A model generated the notes under the pieces. That model had not been told where the DNA came from. It worked only from the letters and a program-made list of their open reading frames with translations, and made no database searches. Position numbers and translations under genes: made by a program. From contig JAVZNC010000002.1 of the NCBI GenBank assembly GCA_038882955.1, positions 64,001 to 128,000 of the forward strand: a DNA stretch of 64,000 nt, written 5' to 3'. Of the stretch, positions 1 through 9,469 are shown piece by piece (the stretch's first letter is position 1; each line of letters opens with the position of its first letter). This DNA is from Candidatus Bathyarchaeia archaeon. Lineage in GTDB: Archaea; Thermoproteota; Bathyarchaeia; Bathyarchaeales; Bathycorpusculaceae.

Positions 1-60
1 CTCCTTTTAAGGGCGCGCAAGCACAAAGCAAATTATTTGTTTCGAGACTTATATTCGTTG

Positions 61-771
61 ATGTGCGTAAGCGTGCTACAAAAAATTCCAACAAGCTGCA
101 AAGTCCTTGATGACGCTTTAGAGGGGGGTATACCAACAAAAAGCCTCACTCTAGTTTACGGGGAAGCGGAAACTGGAAAAACAACGTTGGCAATGCAAGT
201 GGTTGTAAACTGTGCACTGCAAGGCTACAAAACTTTATTCGTGGACTGTGACGACACTTTCTCATCGCGGAGACTGTCACAGATTGCCGCGGGAAGGCTT
301 AATGAGATTGCGGAATTGATTATTTTGATGAAACCGCGCAGTTTTCACGAACAAACATTTGTTATAGACCACTTAAGCGATTATGTCACAAAACATTTTG
401 GACTTGTGGTTATTGACACTGTTACCTCGCTTTACAGTTCCAGAATCGCCGAAAATCCACAGAAGACGTTCGAGCTAAACCGCGAATTAAATAGACAGAT
501 AGGATTGCTTGCTCAACTGGCGAAAACAAATAAGATTTCGATTTTAGCAACAAGCCAAGTTAGGAGCACTTTTGAAGAAGGCTACGTAAGTGTGGAACCA
601 GTTGCCACAAGAGTATTAAAGTTCTGGGCTGAAACCATAATTGCCATGAAACCAACAGAAAATCCGAGAATAATTAAGGCAACAGTTGAAAAGGGCGCAA
701 AAACACAACAGCAATATGCTTGCCTTCTGCAGATAAGAGAAGGCGGACTAAGCGACGCTCTAAAGCCTTAA
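61..771 (+). CDS. radB: DNA repair protein RadB (RecA-family ATPase)
   Basis: Walker A GEAETGKT, Walker B VVIDT, short RecA core with no N-terminal HhH domain. Start could be 37, 61 or 73. Confidence 0.8.
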   Translation: MCVSVLQKIPTSCKVLDDALEGGIPTKSLTLVYGEAETGKTTLAMQVVVNCALQGYKTLFVDCDDTFSSRRLSQIAAGRLNEIAELIILMKPRSFHEQTFVIDHLSDYVTKHFGLVVIDTVTSLYSSRIAENPQKTFELNRELNRQIGLLAQLAKTNKISILATSQVRSTFEEGYVSVEPVATRVLKFWAETIIAMKPTENPRIIKATVEKGAKTQQQYACLLQIREGGLSDALKP

Positions 772-784
772 CGAGGCTGCCATC

Positions 785-1279
785 ATGGACTTGACGCAGT
801 TAATTGTTGAAGCGTTAAAGTTTATTTTTCCAGCTTATTGTGCAAACGCCGTTCCAGTCATTGTGGGCGGCGGTCTCCCAATAGATTTAGGTAAAAACTT
901 TTTTGATGGAAAACCAATCTTTGGAAAAAATAAGACCTATAGAGGTTTCCTTTTCGGTCTTCTCGTGGGAACCTTTGTTGGCTCAATGGAAAGCTTGCTC
1001 TTCGGTTATCACCCGCTTTTCGGTTTTCTGCTATCTATGGGCGCGCTGTTTGGAGATTTGGCTGGAGCATTCTTAAAGAGAAGATTGGGGCTTGCGCCTG
1101 GAGAGCTGTTGCCCATAGTTGACCAAATAGACTTTGTTGTTGGCGCCATAGTGTTTGCAGTTCCAATTTCAATTTTAACTGTGGAACTTGCAATAACGGC
1201 GTTAATTATAACTCCGCCGATACATTTGCTGACGAATTTTGCTGCCTGTAAACTTGGCTTAAAAAACAATCCGTGGTAG
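785..1279 (+). CDS. carS: CDP-archaeol synthase
   Basis: PAYCANAVP, FGKNKTYRG, GDLAGAFLKRRLG, DQIDF motifs and C-terminal KNNPW; hydrophobic. Confidence 0.92.
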   Translation: MDLTQLIVEALKFIFPAYCANAVPVIVGGGLPIDLGKNFFDGKPIFGKNKTYRGFLFGLLVGTFVGSMESLLFGYHPLFGFLLSMGALFGDLAGAFLKRRLGLAPGELLPIVDQIDFVVGAIVFAVPISILTVELAITALIITPPIHLLTNFAACKLGLKNNPW

Positions 1280-1280
1280 C

Positions 1281-1703
1281 TTATCTGCCAGTTATCTTCA
1301 ACTGTATCGTGACTTCAAGATATATGTAAGCTATCAAAATCAGGGTTATCCCCACTAGTAACATCATGTATGCTTGTCTCGGCTTGTAGGCGTATTTTGT
1401 GCTCTGGTACATCACGATTACTCCAACAATGCCAAGCGCGTACAGAACCATTGAAACGAGACTGTCAAATATGAACTGTGAACCAAGTTCTGGATATAGC
1501 AAATAAAATCGTCCACCATAATAGACGGCTGGATAAGGCTTCATTATTATGTTGTATAAGCCACCGCCAAATAGAAAAACAGCTACCGCGATGAGAATTG
1601 CTGAAAGAATGAGACTTGACGGTTTTGTTGTCGTAATCTTCTCGTACAGTTTTGTTAAGGAATGTGATGCTGAGGATATTTGCCTTTTAACTTTCTTTGA
1701 CAT
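1281..1703 (-). CDS. OST3/OST6/OSTC(DC2)-like membrane protein, putative oligosaccharyltransferase accessory subunit
   Basis: Three TM helices. FLFGGGLYNIIMKP...SQFIFDS..SMVLYALGIVG resembles the OSTC/DC2 pattern GG.IYD.I..P...QY..E....L...G..G. Confidence 0.6.
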   Translation of the reverse strand: MSKKVKRQISSASHSLTKLYEKITTTKPSSLILSAILIAVAVFLFGGGLYNIIMKPYPAVYYGGRFYLLYPELGSQFIFDSLVSMVLYALGIVGVIVMYQSTKYAYKPRQAYMMLLVGITLILIAYIYLEVTIQLKITGR

Positions 1704-1920
1704 TTCCCAATTCTCCACTTTTTATTAGGTATTCCGCCACTTCTTTAGTCCACTCGCCTGCCAGTGGATTCTTGACAATCTCACTTAAATACTCTTTCCA
1801 AGAAATTTCTAGAGCTTTCCTCCACCTCTCATACTTTTTGACAAGGGCTTCGTAAGCCTTCGCATGCAATTCGCAGTAACCGTTTTCAACGGCTTCTTTA
1901 CTGCATATTTTGCATTGCAA
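1687..1920 (-). CDS. Small Zn-finger protein (CxxC...CxxH)
   Basis: 77-aa ORF overlapping both the topA stop and the next start; CKIC...YCELH. Confidence 0.7.
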   Translation of the reverse strand: MQCKICSKEAVENGYCELHAKAYEALVKKYERWRKALEISWKEYLSEIVKNPLAGEWTKEVAEYLIKSGELGNVKES

Positions 1921-3997
1921 TTCGTCTTTTCCTCTCCTCTTTTAATGGACATTGCGGATTAAAACAGAGCGTCCATGGGCGGTTTCCCTTCATGCGCACT
2001 TGAACTATTGGCCAACCGCATCCACGGCAATTCCTTCCAAGAGGCTTGACGACGCCTCTCTGTGGAAGTGGAAATGCCGCTTTGCATGCACTTTTGAAGT
2101 AGTTGGTGCATCCTATGAACCTTTTGCCCGTTTTTCTAGAGTATAATGTCATAAGTTTTCCAGTGTTGCAAACTGGGCATGTGCCAATCACTCTTTCCTC
2201 AAGTCTCGCCCGTTTTATGGCACTGCTTAACTGCTCACCTATAACTTTCTCTTGGAGCTTCAGCTCTTCCACAACAGGCTTTAGGATTTCAACAGCCGCC
2301 AAAAGCACATTTTCTCTTTTTTCACTGTTCAGCTGAATTTTGTTCATCTTTTCCTCCAGGTCCCTTGTCAATTTAATTGAAACAACCGTTGGACAATATT
2401 TCTTTAAAAGCTCGGTAACTTCAAAGCCGAGATCTGTTACAACCATCCGCTCATCTCTAACGTATTTCCTATCATACAAAGTCTGTATTATACCAGCCCT
2501 AGTCGCCTTTGTTCCAATCTCGGCTTCCTCCATTTTCTTGAGGAGACTTCCAGGGTTATATCGTGGCGGCGGCTTAGTGAATTTGTCCTCCAAAACTATT
2601 CTTCTGATTTTTACACTTTGCCCTTCTGTTATTGGCGGCAAAACAACCTCTTCAGCCTTCACGTATGGCTCGTAAAAGTGAAGCCACCCTTCCTTCAGAG
2701 TTTGCCTTCCCCTAAGATAGAAGCGAAAATCGCTTATGTTTATGCATGCCTTTACGCTTTGTCTTAATGCTGGTTCTCCGAAAACAGCCATAAATCTTCT
2801 AATAACTAAATCCCAAATTCTCCTTTCAGACTCGTCCAAAACCCTTTCGGGCAAGTTTCCAGTTGGATAAATTGCTGGATGCGCGGGGTCTTCCTTCTTT
2901 CCCTCGTTTGGCCTCAACTCTTTTACTGCGAGAAGTTCTGCTGTTAGCTTCTTGTATTCTGACGCCCTGTTTAGATTTTTAAGTATCTCCTTATAGCCTA
3001 TCGCTGGAGGAAGCTTTTGGCTGCTTGTTCGTGGATATGAAATTAACGCGTCCAGGTACAAGCGTTGGGCGATGTTTAACGTGCGCATTGGCGTATAACC
3101 AAAAAGGCTGTAGGCTTCACTTTGAAGAGCACCCAAATCAAATGGTGTTGGCGGCATCTGCTGAAACTTCTTAACTTCTATTTTCTCTATTTTTCCGTCT
3201 TTTCCCTTGCAAGCCTCAACTACTGCGTTTGCTTCTCTTTTTGTTTCTATAATTTGCTTTTCAAATTCAGCCTCAAGAACAGCCCCGTCTATTTTAACCT
3301 CTGCCTTTATACTCCAGTAAGGTGTTGGAACAAAACATCTGATCGCCTTTTCTCTGGCAACAAGAAACCTTAATGTTGGACCTTGCACTCTTCCAGTGCT
3401 CAATGTTGCGTATTTTCCACTCCAGTCCTTCGCCGCTATTGTTAAGGCTCTTGTTAGGTTTACGCCGTAAAGCCAATCCACTTCATGACGTGTGCGTCCA
3501 GCCTCTATTAGGGCGAAGTCCAAGTGTGGCAAGGGCTCAGCGAAGGATTTCTGTAGCTCCTCTTTTGTCAATGTTGAGTATTTCATGCGTTTTGAAATGT
3601 TTTCTTTGTTGCCGCAGGCATATTTGAGTATGCAGTACCCTATTATGCTGCCCTCTATGTCATAGTCGCATGCGTCGATGAACGTGTCGGCTTTGCTTGC
3701 CAGCTTTGAAATTGTTTCAAGCCATGTGCGGATTTGTTTTGCGCCTCTCTCTGCGATATATCGTGGAACCCATCTAAAGCTGAAAACTGGATAGTAACGT
3801 CTTCCACTTCTTTCTTCAGCGACTGTGTATAAGTGTCCAATTGCTGGAACAACAATTATGTCTTTGTCCCTCTTCGCCACAAAATACGGCACACCATTTT
3901 CTTCCATTTTAATTGCTTTGCCTTGCAAGTCCAATGCCGAGGCTATCCTCTGCGCTGCATCTGGCTTTTCAGTGATGATTAGCGTGTATTTCTCCAT
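1898..3997 (-). CDS. topA: DNA topoisomerase IA
   Basis: TOPRIM ITEKP and DYDIEG, STGRVQGP, active site ISYPRT, C-terminal Zn ribbons. Confidence 0.96.
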   Translation of the reverse strand: MEKYTLIITEKPDAAQRIASALDLQGKAIKMEENGVPYFVAKRDKDIIVVPAIGHLYTVAEERSGRRYYPVFSFRWVPRYIAERGAKQIRTWLETISKLASKADTFIDACDYDIEGSIIGYCILKYACGNKENISKRMKYSTLTKEELQKSFAEPLPHLDFALIEAGRTRHEVDWLYGVNLTRALTIAAKDWSGKYATLSTGRVQGPTLRFLVAREKAIRCFVPTPYWSIKAEVKIDGAVLEAEFEKQIIETKREANAVVEACKGKDGKIEKIEVKKFQQMPPTPFDLGALQSEAYSLFGYTPMRTLNIAQRLYLDALISYPRTSSQKLPPAIGYKEILKNLNRASEYKKLTAELLAVKELRPNEGKKEDPAHPAIYPTGNLPERVLDESERRIWDLVIRRFMAVFGEPALRQSVKACINISDFRFYLRGRQTLKEGWLHFYEPYVKAEEVVLPPITEGQSVKIRRIVLEDKFTKPPPRYNPGSLLKKMEEAEIGTKATRAGIIQTLYDRKYVRDERMVVTDLGFEVTELLKKYCPTVVSIKLTRDLEEKMNKIQLNSEKRENVLLAAVEILKPVVEELKLQEKVIGEQLSSAIKRARLEERVIGTCPVCNTGKLMTLYSRKTGKRFIGCTNYFKSACKAAFPLPQRGVVKPLGRNCRGCGWPIVQVRMKGNRPWTLCFNPQCPLKEERKRRIAMQNMQ

Positions 3998-4136
3998 TTT
4001 CAAGCCACGTGACCTCATAGAGAAGCATTTCCTCAAATTAAATATTTATCCAGGAATAAATTTTCCGCCGCTTATTAATTAGCAATCGATAAATATGGCG
4101 TTGGGTTTATTTCCTATCTACACGGAGCGTGTTTGG

Positions 4137-4307
4137 TTGCCCCAACGAGTTGTTTGTCAACAGTGTGGTCGTGTTTTGTATGAGGGGGCTGAACTTAAGC
4201 CTCCAGACGAGATTATACATATGCATGATGGAAAATGTCCAGGATGCGGCAAGAAACTTTCTCTTATACCAATTAACGTTGATGTTAAACCAATAAAACT
4301 GAAGTAA
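4137..4307 (+). CDS. Small Zn-ribbon protein
   Basis: CQQCG...CPGCG; GGAG at 4124-4127 precedes TTG 4137. Confidence 0.7.
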   Translation: MPQRVVCQQCGRVLYEGAELKPPDEIIHMHDGKCPGCGKKLSLIPINVDVKPIKLK

Positions 4308-4332
4308 ACAAACGAAAGGTTGTGTTGCAAAA

Positions 4333-5475
4333 ATGGAAGGAACACGGCGAACGCAACTTTACGAAGCACACAAGCAAAGCGCGAAGTTAACGGTTTTTGC
4401 TGGTTTTGAGATGCCCTTATGGTACAAGGGCGTTATACAAGAGCATTTGGCTGTCCGAAACAGTGTGGGGCTTTTTGACATATCTCATATGGGACGCATA
4501 ATAATTCAAGGTCCCGATTCAGAGCGCTTTTTAAACTACGTGATAACAAATGACGTTTCCAAATTGTCACCGAACAGCGCGCAATACTCCGTGATGTGCA
4601 ACGAGAAAGGCGGCATAATCGACGACTTTGTAGTTTATAGGTTGGAAAGCGAAAAGTTCATGTTTGTTGCAAATGCCGCCAACCGCGAAAAAGACTACAA
4701 CTGGCTTGTGAAAAACTCCAAGGACTTTAACGTGAGAATAACGGAGATTTCAGATAACGTTGCAATGCTTTCAGTTCAAGGTCCAAACACCGAAAAGACG
4801 CTTCAAAAACTTTCCACAGAGGACTTAAGCAAAATCGAACGGTTTAAAGGCGCAACTGCACGCCTAGCAAATGTGGAAGTTTTCATATCTCGCACGGGAT
4901 ATACTGGCGAAGATGGATTCGAAATTTTCATATGGAACGCTCCGCTGGACAAACCCACCAACGCCATAAAACTTTGGAATGCAATACTAGAGGCTGGCAG
5001 AGATTTTGGGATAGAACCATGCGGTCTCGGTGCGAGGGACACCCTAAGGCTTGAGGCTGGAATGTGCCTTTATGGAAACGACATAGACGAAACCACAACA
5101 CCGCTGGAAGCAGCACTAAGCTTTGTTGTGAAGCTTCAAAAGGACAACTTCATAGGAAAAGAAGCGTTGACAAAGCAGAAAACTGAAGGAATCAAGCGCA
5201 AACGTGTAGGCTTACTTATGCTTGAACAAGGCATACCGAGACAAAAATATGAAGTTTGTGACGATAAAGGCGAAAATATTGGCTATGTGACAAGTGGAAC
5301 GTTTTCTCCTCTGCTCAACTGTGGGATAGGTATGGCTTATGTGGTGATGCCAAACGCTCAAGAAGGAAACATTGTGAACGTGAAGATACGTGGAAAAATG
5401 TTGAAAGCGAAAGTTGTTGCTTTCCCGTTTTATGACACGGAAAAATATGGATACAAACGTAAGGCTTCAATTTAA
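4333..5475 (+). CDS. gcvT: Glycine cleavage system aminomethyltransferase T
   Basis: FAGFEMP, FDISHMG, SRTGYTGEDGFE, GLGARDTLRLEAG motifs. Confidence 0.96.
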   Translation: MEGTRRTQLYEAHKQSAKLTVFAGFEMPLWYKGVIQEHLAVRNSVGLFDISHMGRIIIQGPDSERFLNYVITNDVSKLSPNSAQYSVMCNEKGGIIDDFVVYRLESEKFMFVANAANREKDYNWLVKNSKDFNVRITEISDNVAMLSVQGPNTEKTLQKLSTEDLSKIERFKGATARLANVEVFISRTGYTGEDGFEIFIWNAPLDKPTNAIKLWNAILEAGRDFGIEPCGLGARDTLRLEAGMCLYGNDIDETTTPLEAALSFVVKLQKDNFIGKEALTKQKTEGIKRKRVGLLMLEQGIPRQKYEVCDDKGENIGYVTSGTFSPLLNCGIGMAYVVMPNAQEGNIVNVKIRGKMLKAKVVAFPFYDTEKYGYKRKASI

Positions 5476-5574
5476 AGAATTTTATTGTAGGAAAGGTATA
5501 TACGAGTGGTTCGAGTTTATGAACTCTATTAACCGTAAGAATAATAAAACACGTCAATAATCTCTGTAGGAGAG

Positions 5575-7878
5575 ATGAATCCAATGGGCATTCGCGAAGC
5601 CTTATCAAAAGAAAGCATCGCTAACGGAATAAAAAGTTTGGGAAAACTGCGCGTCAGAATGAGCCACAGCTCAATAATGACCATCTCAGCCTTGCTGCTC
5701 ATACTATTTGTGGCATTCACCATTCGCATCTTGCCGCTACGCTGGGAAATAGCGCCAGAAAAAAACACATTGCTGCTTTCAGAGTTCGATCCCTACTACC
5801 AATATAGCCTTACAAAATACATGGTGGAAAACGGCTTCTTCGCGCCATACATTCCTCCAGGATGGGTTGACCACCAACGTTGGTACCCAGACGGAATAAA
5901 CATGTCGCAGTCCTACCCTTCTCTAGCAATGACGGCGGCATTCCTTTACAATATGATCTCCATGTTAGGAATAAACATTGACTTGATGAGTTTCTGCGCT
6001 CTTTTCCCTGTAATAATGGGTACACTAGCATGCCTAATAATCTACTTCGTCGGCAAAGACATTGGCGGAACCACCATCGGATTGCTTTCAGCATTGTTTT
6101 TGGCGCTAAGCCCATCTTACATTCAGAGAACATCACTAGGCTTTTTCGACGACGAAACAATAGGCATAGTCGCACTACTCTTGTTTATGTATATGTTCTT
6201 AAAATCCCTTGAAGAGGATAGACCGCTCAACTCTACGATGAAGTACGCCATTGGCTCTGGACTGGCTTTAGGTTATTTCATTTCTGGATGGGGTGCAGCT
6301 TTTTATCCCATCGGGTTAACGGCGCTATTCGTTCTCGTTTTAATCTTGATTAAAAGGTACTCGCAGAGGCTACTATTATCTTACACGGTGACGTTTGGGC
6401 TAGGCTTACTCATAGCAATAAACGTTCCCTATCTTTCACCGAGCTATTTGACGGCGACAGCTATAATTCCAGTCGCTGGAGTATTCGTATTGCTATGTGC
6501 CGCTGAAATTCTGCGCAACATAACATCAACTGGAATGCGTATAACATTTGCTATACTCTTCATTTGCGCTTTAATAGGTGGATTCGCCTTTCTGTGGCAA
6601 TGTGGATATTTAGGAGGTATTGCTGGCAAATTCCTTTCCGTAATCGACCCATTTGCAAGGGCAGAATCTCCGCTTGTGGAATCTGTTGCTGAACACAGAA
6701 TTTCCGCTTGGGGCTCAATATACTACGAGTTTGGAATAGGCATAATATTTTTCATAGCAGGACTATATTTCCTTGTTAGGAACCCAACAAACAAAAACTT
6801 GTTCATAATACTTTTCGGCATAACGTCACTCTATTTTGCCTGTTCAATGGTACGTCTGCTCGTGCTCATGGCTCCAGCCTTCAGCCTAGTGGCAACAAGC
6901 GGCGTATTAGGCGTGCTAAAACCCTTTTACACGCTGTTAAAGGAACCGCCAAAGATAATTACAAAGAGGAAGTATGGTTTAGAGCATGTTGGAAAAGAGT
7001 TCAGCGGAACAGCAATATTCCTAATATTCCTAATACTAATGACAAACTTCGCCTTCTCGCCGCAATCAGGCGGCATGCCAAAAGTTTACAAGCAAGCATA
7101 CACGCCAACAACAATTTCTGCTGGGAGCCTTCCAATAGCGCCCAACGAACCAGTTAAGGAATGGTTGGACATGTTAAGCTGGCTAAGAAGTAATTTAGGA
7201 CCCAAACCAATAGGTGAAAAAGTTGTTTGCAGCTGGTGGGACTATGGCTATTGGCTTTCAATACTTGGCAATGTGACATCGCTCGCGGACAACGCAACAA
7301 TAAACACTACGCAGATAGAGAACATAGGCTTCATATTTATGGCCAACGAAACAGACGCATTGAAAATGCTGAAACTCTACGATGCAAGATACATCCTCGT
7401 TTTTGTGACTATAAGCACTGACGGTGGACTTGCAAATGCTGGCGGGGATGAAGGGAAATGGGTTTGGATGGCGCAAATTTCCGGTGTATCCAGAAGGCGT
7501 TTTATAGATGGCGGCTTTATAGATGAAAATTTGATGTGGACTTCGAGTTTTGAGCAAGTTCGAGCAATGTTTGGCAATTATACTTTAGGGTATGATTGGA
7601 CAGACACAAATGGCAATAACAAAGTGGATGAGGGCGAGCTAATTAATATTAGTGAAGGACAAAATTCGACGATATATAAGTTAATGCATTATGCGCGGGA
7701 AAGATGGCTACAAGAACAGAAAGGCTACTCTCCGACTATTCAGCCGACATACTTTAAGGAAGCTTACATTGCTGGACTGAAAAACGATGGGAGCAAATAT
7801 GGTTATAGCATTATTCCGCTTGTTGCTTTGTATGAAATTGATTGGGAAAAATATTACACGGACTTTCCAAACACATAA
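5575..7878 (+). CDS. aglB: Oligosaccharyltransferase AglB/STT3
   Basis: EFDPYY, GFFDDE, SVAEH, WWDYG, DNAT and DEGKWVWM motifs; many TM helices. Confidence 0.95.
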   Translation: MNPMGIREALSKESIANGIKSLGKLRVRMSHSSIMTISALLLILFVAFTIRILPLRWEIAPEKNTLLLSEFDPYYQYSLTKYMVENGFFAPYIPPGWVDHQRWYPDGINMSQSYPSLAMTAAFLYNMISMLGINIDLMSFCALFPVIMGTLACLIIYFVGKDIGGTTIGLLSALFLALSPSYIQRTSLGFFDDETIGIVALLLFMYMFLKSLEEDRPLNSTMKYAIGSGLALGYFISGWGAAFYPIGLTALFVLVLILIKRYSQRLLLSYTVTFGLGLLIAINVPYLSPSYLTATAIIPVAGVFVLLCAAEILRNITSTGMRITFAILFICALIGGFAFLWQCGYLGGIAGKFLSVIDPFARAESPLVESVAEHRISAWGSIYYEFGIGIIFFIAGLYFLVRNPTNKNLFIILFGITSLYFACSMVRLLVLMAPAFSLVATSGVLGVLKPFYTLLKEPPKIITKRKYGLEHVGKEFSGTAIFLIFLILMTNFAFSPQSGGMPKVYKQAYTPTTISAGSLPIAPNEPVKEWLDMLSWLRSNLGPKPIGEKVVCSWWDYGYWLSILGNVTSLADNATINTTQIENIGFIFMANETDALKMLKLYDARYILVFVTISTDGGLANAGGDEGKWVWMAQISGVSRRRFIDGGFIDENLMWTSSFEQVRAMFGNYTLGYDWTDTNGNNKVDEGELINISEGQNSTIYKLMHYARERWLQEQKGYSPTIQPTYFKEAYIAGLKNDGSKYGYSIIPLVALYEIDWEKYYTDFPNT

Positions 7879-7892
7879 GGAAGCGGTGACTG

Positions 7893-8753
7893 TTGTTTCC
7901 GAAAGTTCCGGACCAGCACAAGCCAAACAAGCCGTTGGTTCCAAACGGCTTAGGCGCAATTTACGTTATAGCTAGTGCCGTATACCTTTTCACTCTTGAA
8001 TATTTTCGTTCTCCAAGCGATAATGTTTCTAAGGCTTTAACTTTGGCTGTCTGCATACTGTTCGGCGGGTTTATGGGTTTGCTCGATGATTGGATGGATT
8101 TGCGTTGGCGCTATAAGGCTTTCTTTCCGTTAATTGCTGCTATACCGCTTGCTTCTTTGGCTATGAGGCTCGGAGTGAGAACTTCAATGACAATTCCTTT
8201 GATAGGAGTTGTTTTAGATTTTGGTTCTGCTTATTTTTTGGTGGTCATTCCGTTAATTGTTACTATAACCACAAACACCGTGAATCAGCTCGGTGGGCTA
8301 AATGGTCTGGAAACGGTTTGTCCAGCCATAGTATTGGTTGGGTTGATGGTTATGTCTGGCGATAATGCTGTTCTCTTGTATGTTCCATTGGCTGTTTGGT
8401 TGATTTTGGCTTTTTTAAATTTTCGAGGCAGAATTTTTGTTGGAAATACTGGGTCTTTCGCCATCGGGATAACTTTGTCGGCTTTTGCAATAATTTCCGA
8501 TTTAAAAATGAGTCTGGTGGTTTGCATCTTACCATATATTTTTAATTCAGCGTTAATCTTGTTGTCATATTTTCTTTTTAGGGTTAAGGCGCATGTTTCT
8601 TTTGATGGAGAAAGACTCGTTTCAGACCATAGAAGAAGCTTGGTTACGCTGATTACTTATAATCGTCCGTTGAGAGAACGCCAAGTGGTGGTTATAGTTT
8701 CGCTTATAGTGGCGCTTTTCACCCTATTTGCTGTTCTTCTCGAGTTTTTATGA
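7893..8753 (+). CDS. aglH: UDP-GlcNAc:dolichyl-phosphate GlcNAc-1-P transferase (GT4/MraY/AglH family)
   Basis: DQHKP, GLLDD, NTVNQLGGLNGLE, FVGNTGS; directly follows aglB. Lacks the usual first TM helix. Confidence 0.75.
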   Translation: MFPKVPDQHKPNKPLVPNGLGAIYVIASAVYLFTLEYFRSPSDNVSKALTLAVCILFGGFMGLLDDWMDLRWRYKAFFPLIAAIPLASLAMRLGVRTSMTIPLIGVVLDFGSAYFLVVIPLIVTITTNTVNQLGGLNGLETVCPAIVLVGLMVMSGDNAVLLYVPLAVWLILAFLNFRGRIFVGNTGSFAIGITLSAFAIISDLKMSLVVCILPYIFNSALILLSYFLFRVKAHVSFDGERLVSDHRRSLVTLITYNRPLRERQVVVIVSLIVALFTLFAVLLEFL

Positions 8754-8772
8754 GCGTACTTTTTATGCGTGC

Positions 8773-8799
8773 TGTGTGCGTAGCATTTTGCTACACACA
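8773..8799. promoter_or_regulatory. Intergenic hairpin/inverted repeat
   Basis: TGTGT-GC-GTAGCA-TTT-TGCTAC-ACACA between aglH and the next gene. Confidence 0.35.
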
Positions 8800-8888
8800 A
8801 AAGGCAAAAATCGGTTTTAGTCGAGGCTTAATTGCGAGAGGCTGAATGGCTAAAGAAAATGCTGTTTGGTTAGAGTGAGGAATCAACT

Positions 8889-9380
8889 ATTTGCCCAGCA
8901 TTATATGTTCCTAACGTTTCAGTTAAGGTTGAAATTTCAAAATTGTTAGGTGTAAGGCTTGACGTTAAGACTGGTGGGGCTGAAACTATAAATTTTGATG
9001 TTAAGGCAAGGCTTGAGGAGAGAGAGCGTAAAAGCCAGCTTGTCGTTGTTAACTTCAGCCTCGTCCTCTCTACAAAGCCAAGTGTGGTTAAGTTTGAAAT
9101 TGAAGGTGCAGCAACATTAACTGGCAAGGATTCCGAAATAAGCAAGATGTTAGAAGTGGACCCAGAAACAAAAGTGCCATACGTCTTCCACAGGGTTTAC
9201 CAACATGCATTCACAGCCATGTACTTACTGTCGACAATTCTAAACACGCCGCCTCCACCACAAGACTTGCTATTCTCAAATAGGGAGCAAGGACTGCCAA
9301 TCGAAGACGTTAACGTGGAAGTAGCCGAAGCAGCCGCAGACCTTGTTAAGGTTCAAACTGAAACAGAGAGCAAAACTTAA
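8889..9380 (+). CDS. Arcadin-1-like (SecB-like fold) protein
   Basis: Beta-rich N half, then helix and LNTPPPP, as recalled for arcadin-1. Frame is open from 8874; first canonical start is TTG 8943, but ATT 8889 follows GAGG. Confidence 0.5.
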   Translation: MCPALYVPNVSVKVEISKLLGVRLDVKTGGAETINFDVKARLEERERKSQLVVVNFSLVLSTKPSVVKFEIEGAATLTGKDSEISKMLEVDPETKVPYVFHRVYQHAFTAMYLLSTILNTPPPPQDLLFSNREQGLPIEDVNVEVAEAAADLVKVQTETESKT

Positions 9381-9401
9381 TAGCGTTAGAGAATTTTCCA
9401 T

Positions 9402-9469
9402 ATGCAAATGGCGGGTGAGTGGACCTCCACCCGTTCCGCCACATAAACCCCGGTGTAGGAGGTGGAAAA
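9402..9469 (+). promoter_or_regulatory. Structured 5' leader of queT (candidate riboswitch/attenuator)
   Basis: GC-rich leader with alternative pairings; anti-SD ACCTCC 9423-9428 is complementary to SD GGAGGT 9458-9463. Confidence 0.5.

Noticed and set aside
5500-5530. GGTTCGAG T-loop-like sequence
   Set aside because: No cloverleaf can be formed; lies in the aglB promoter region.
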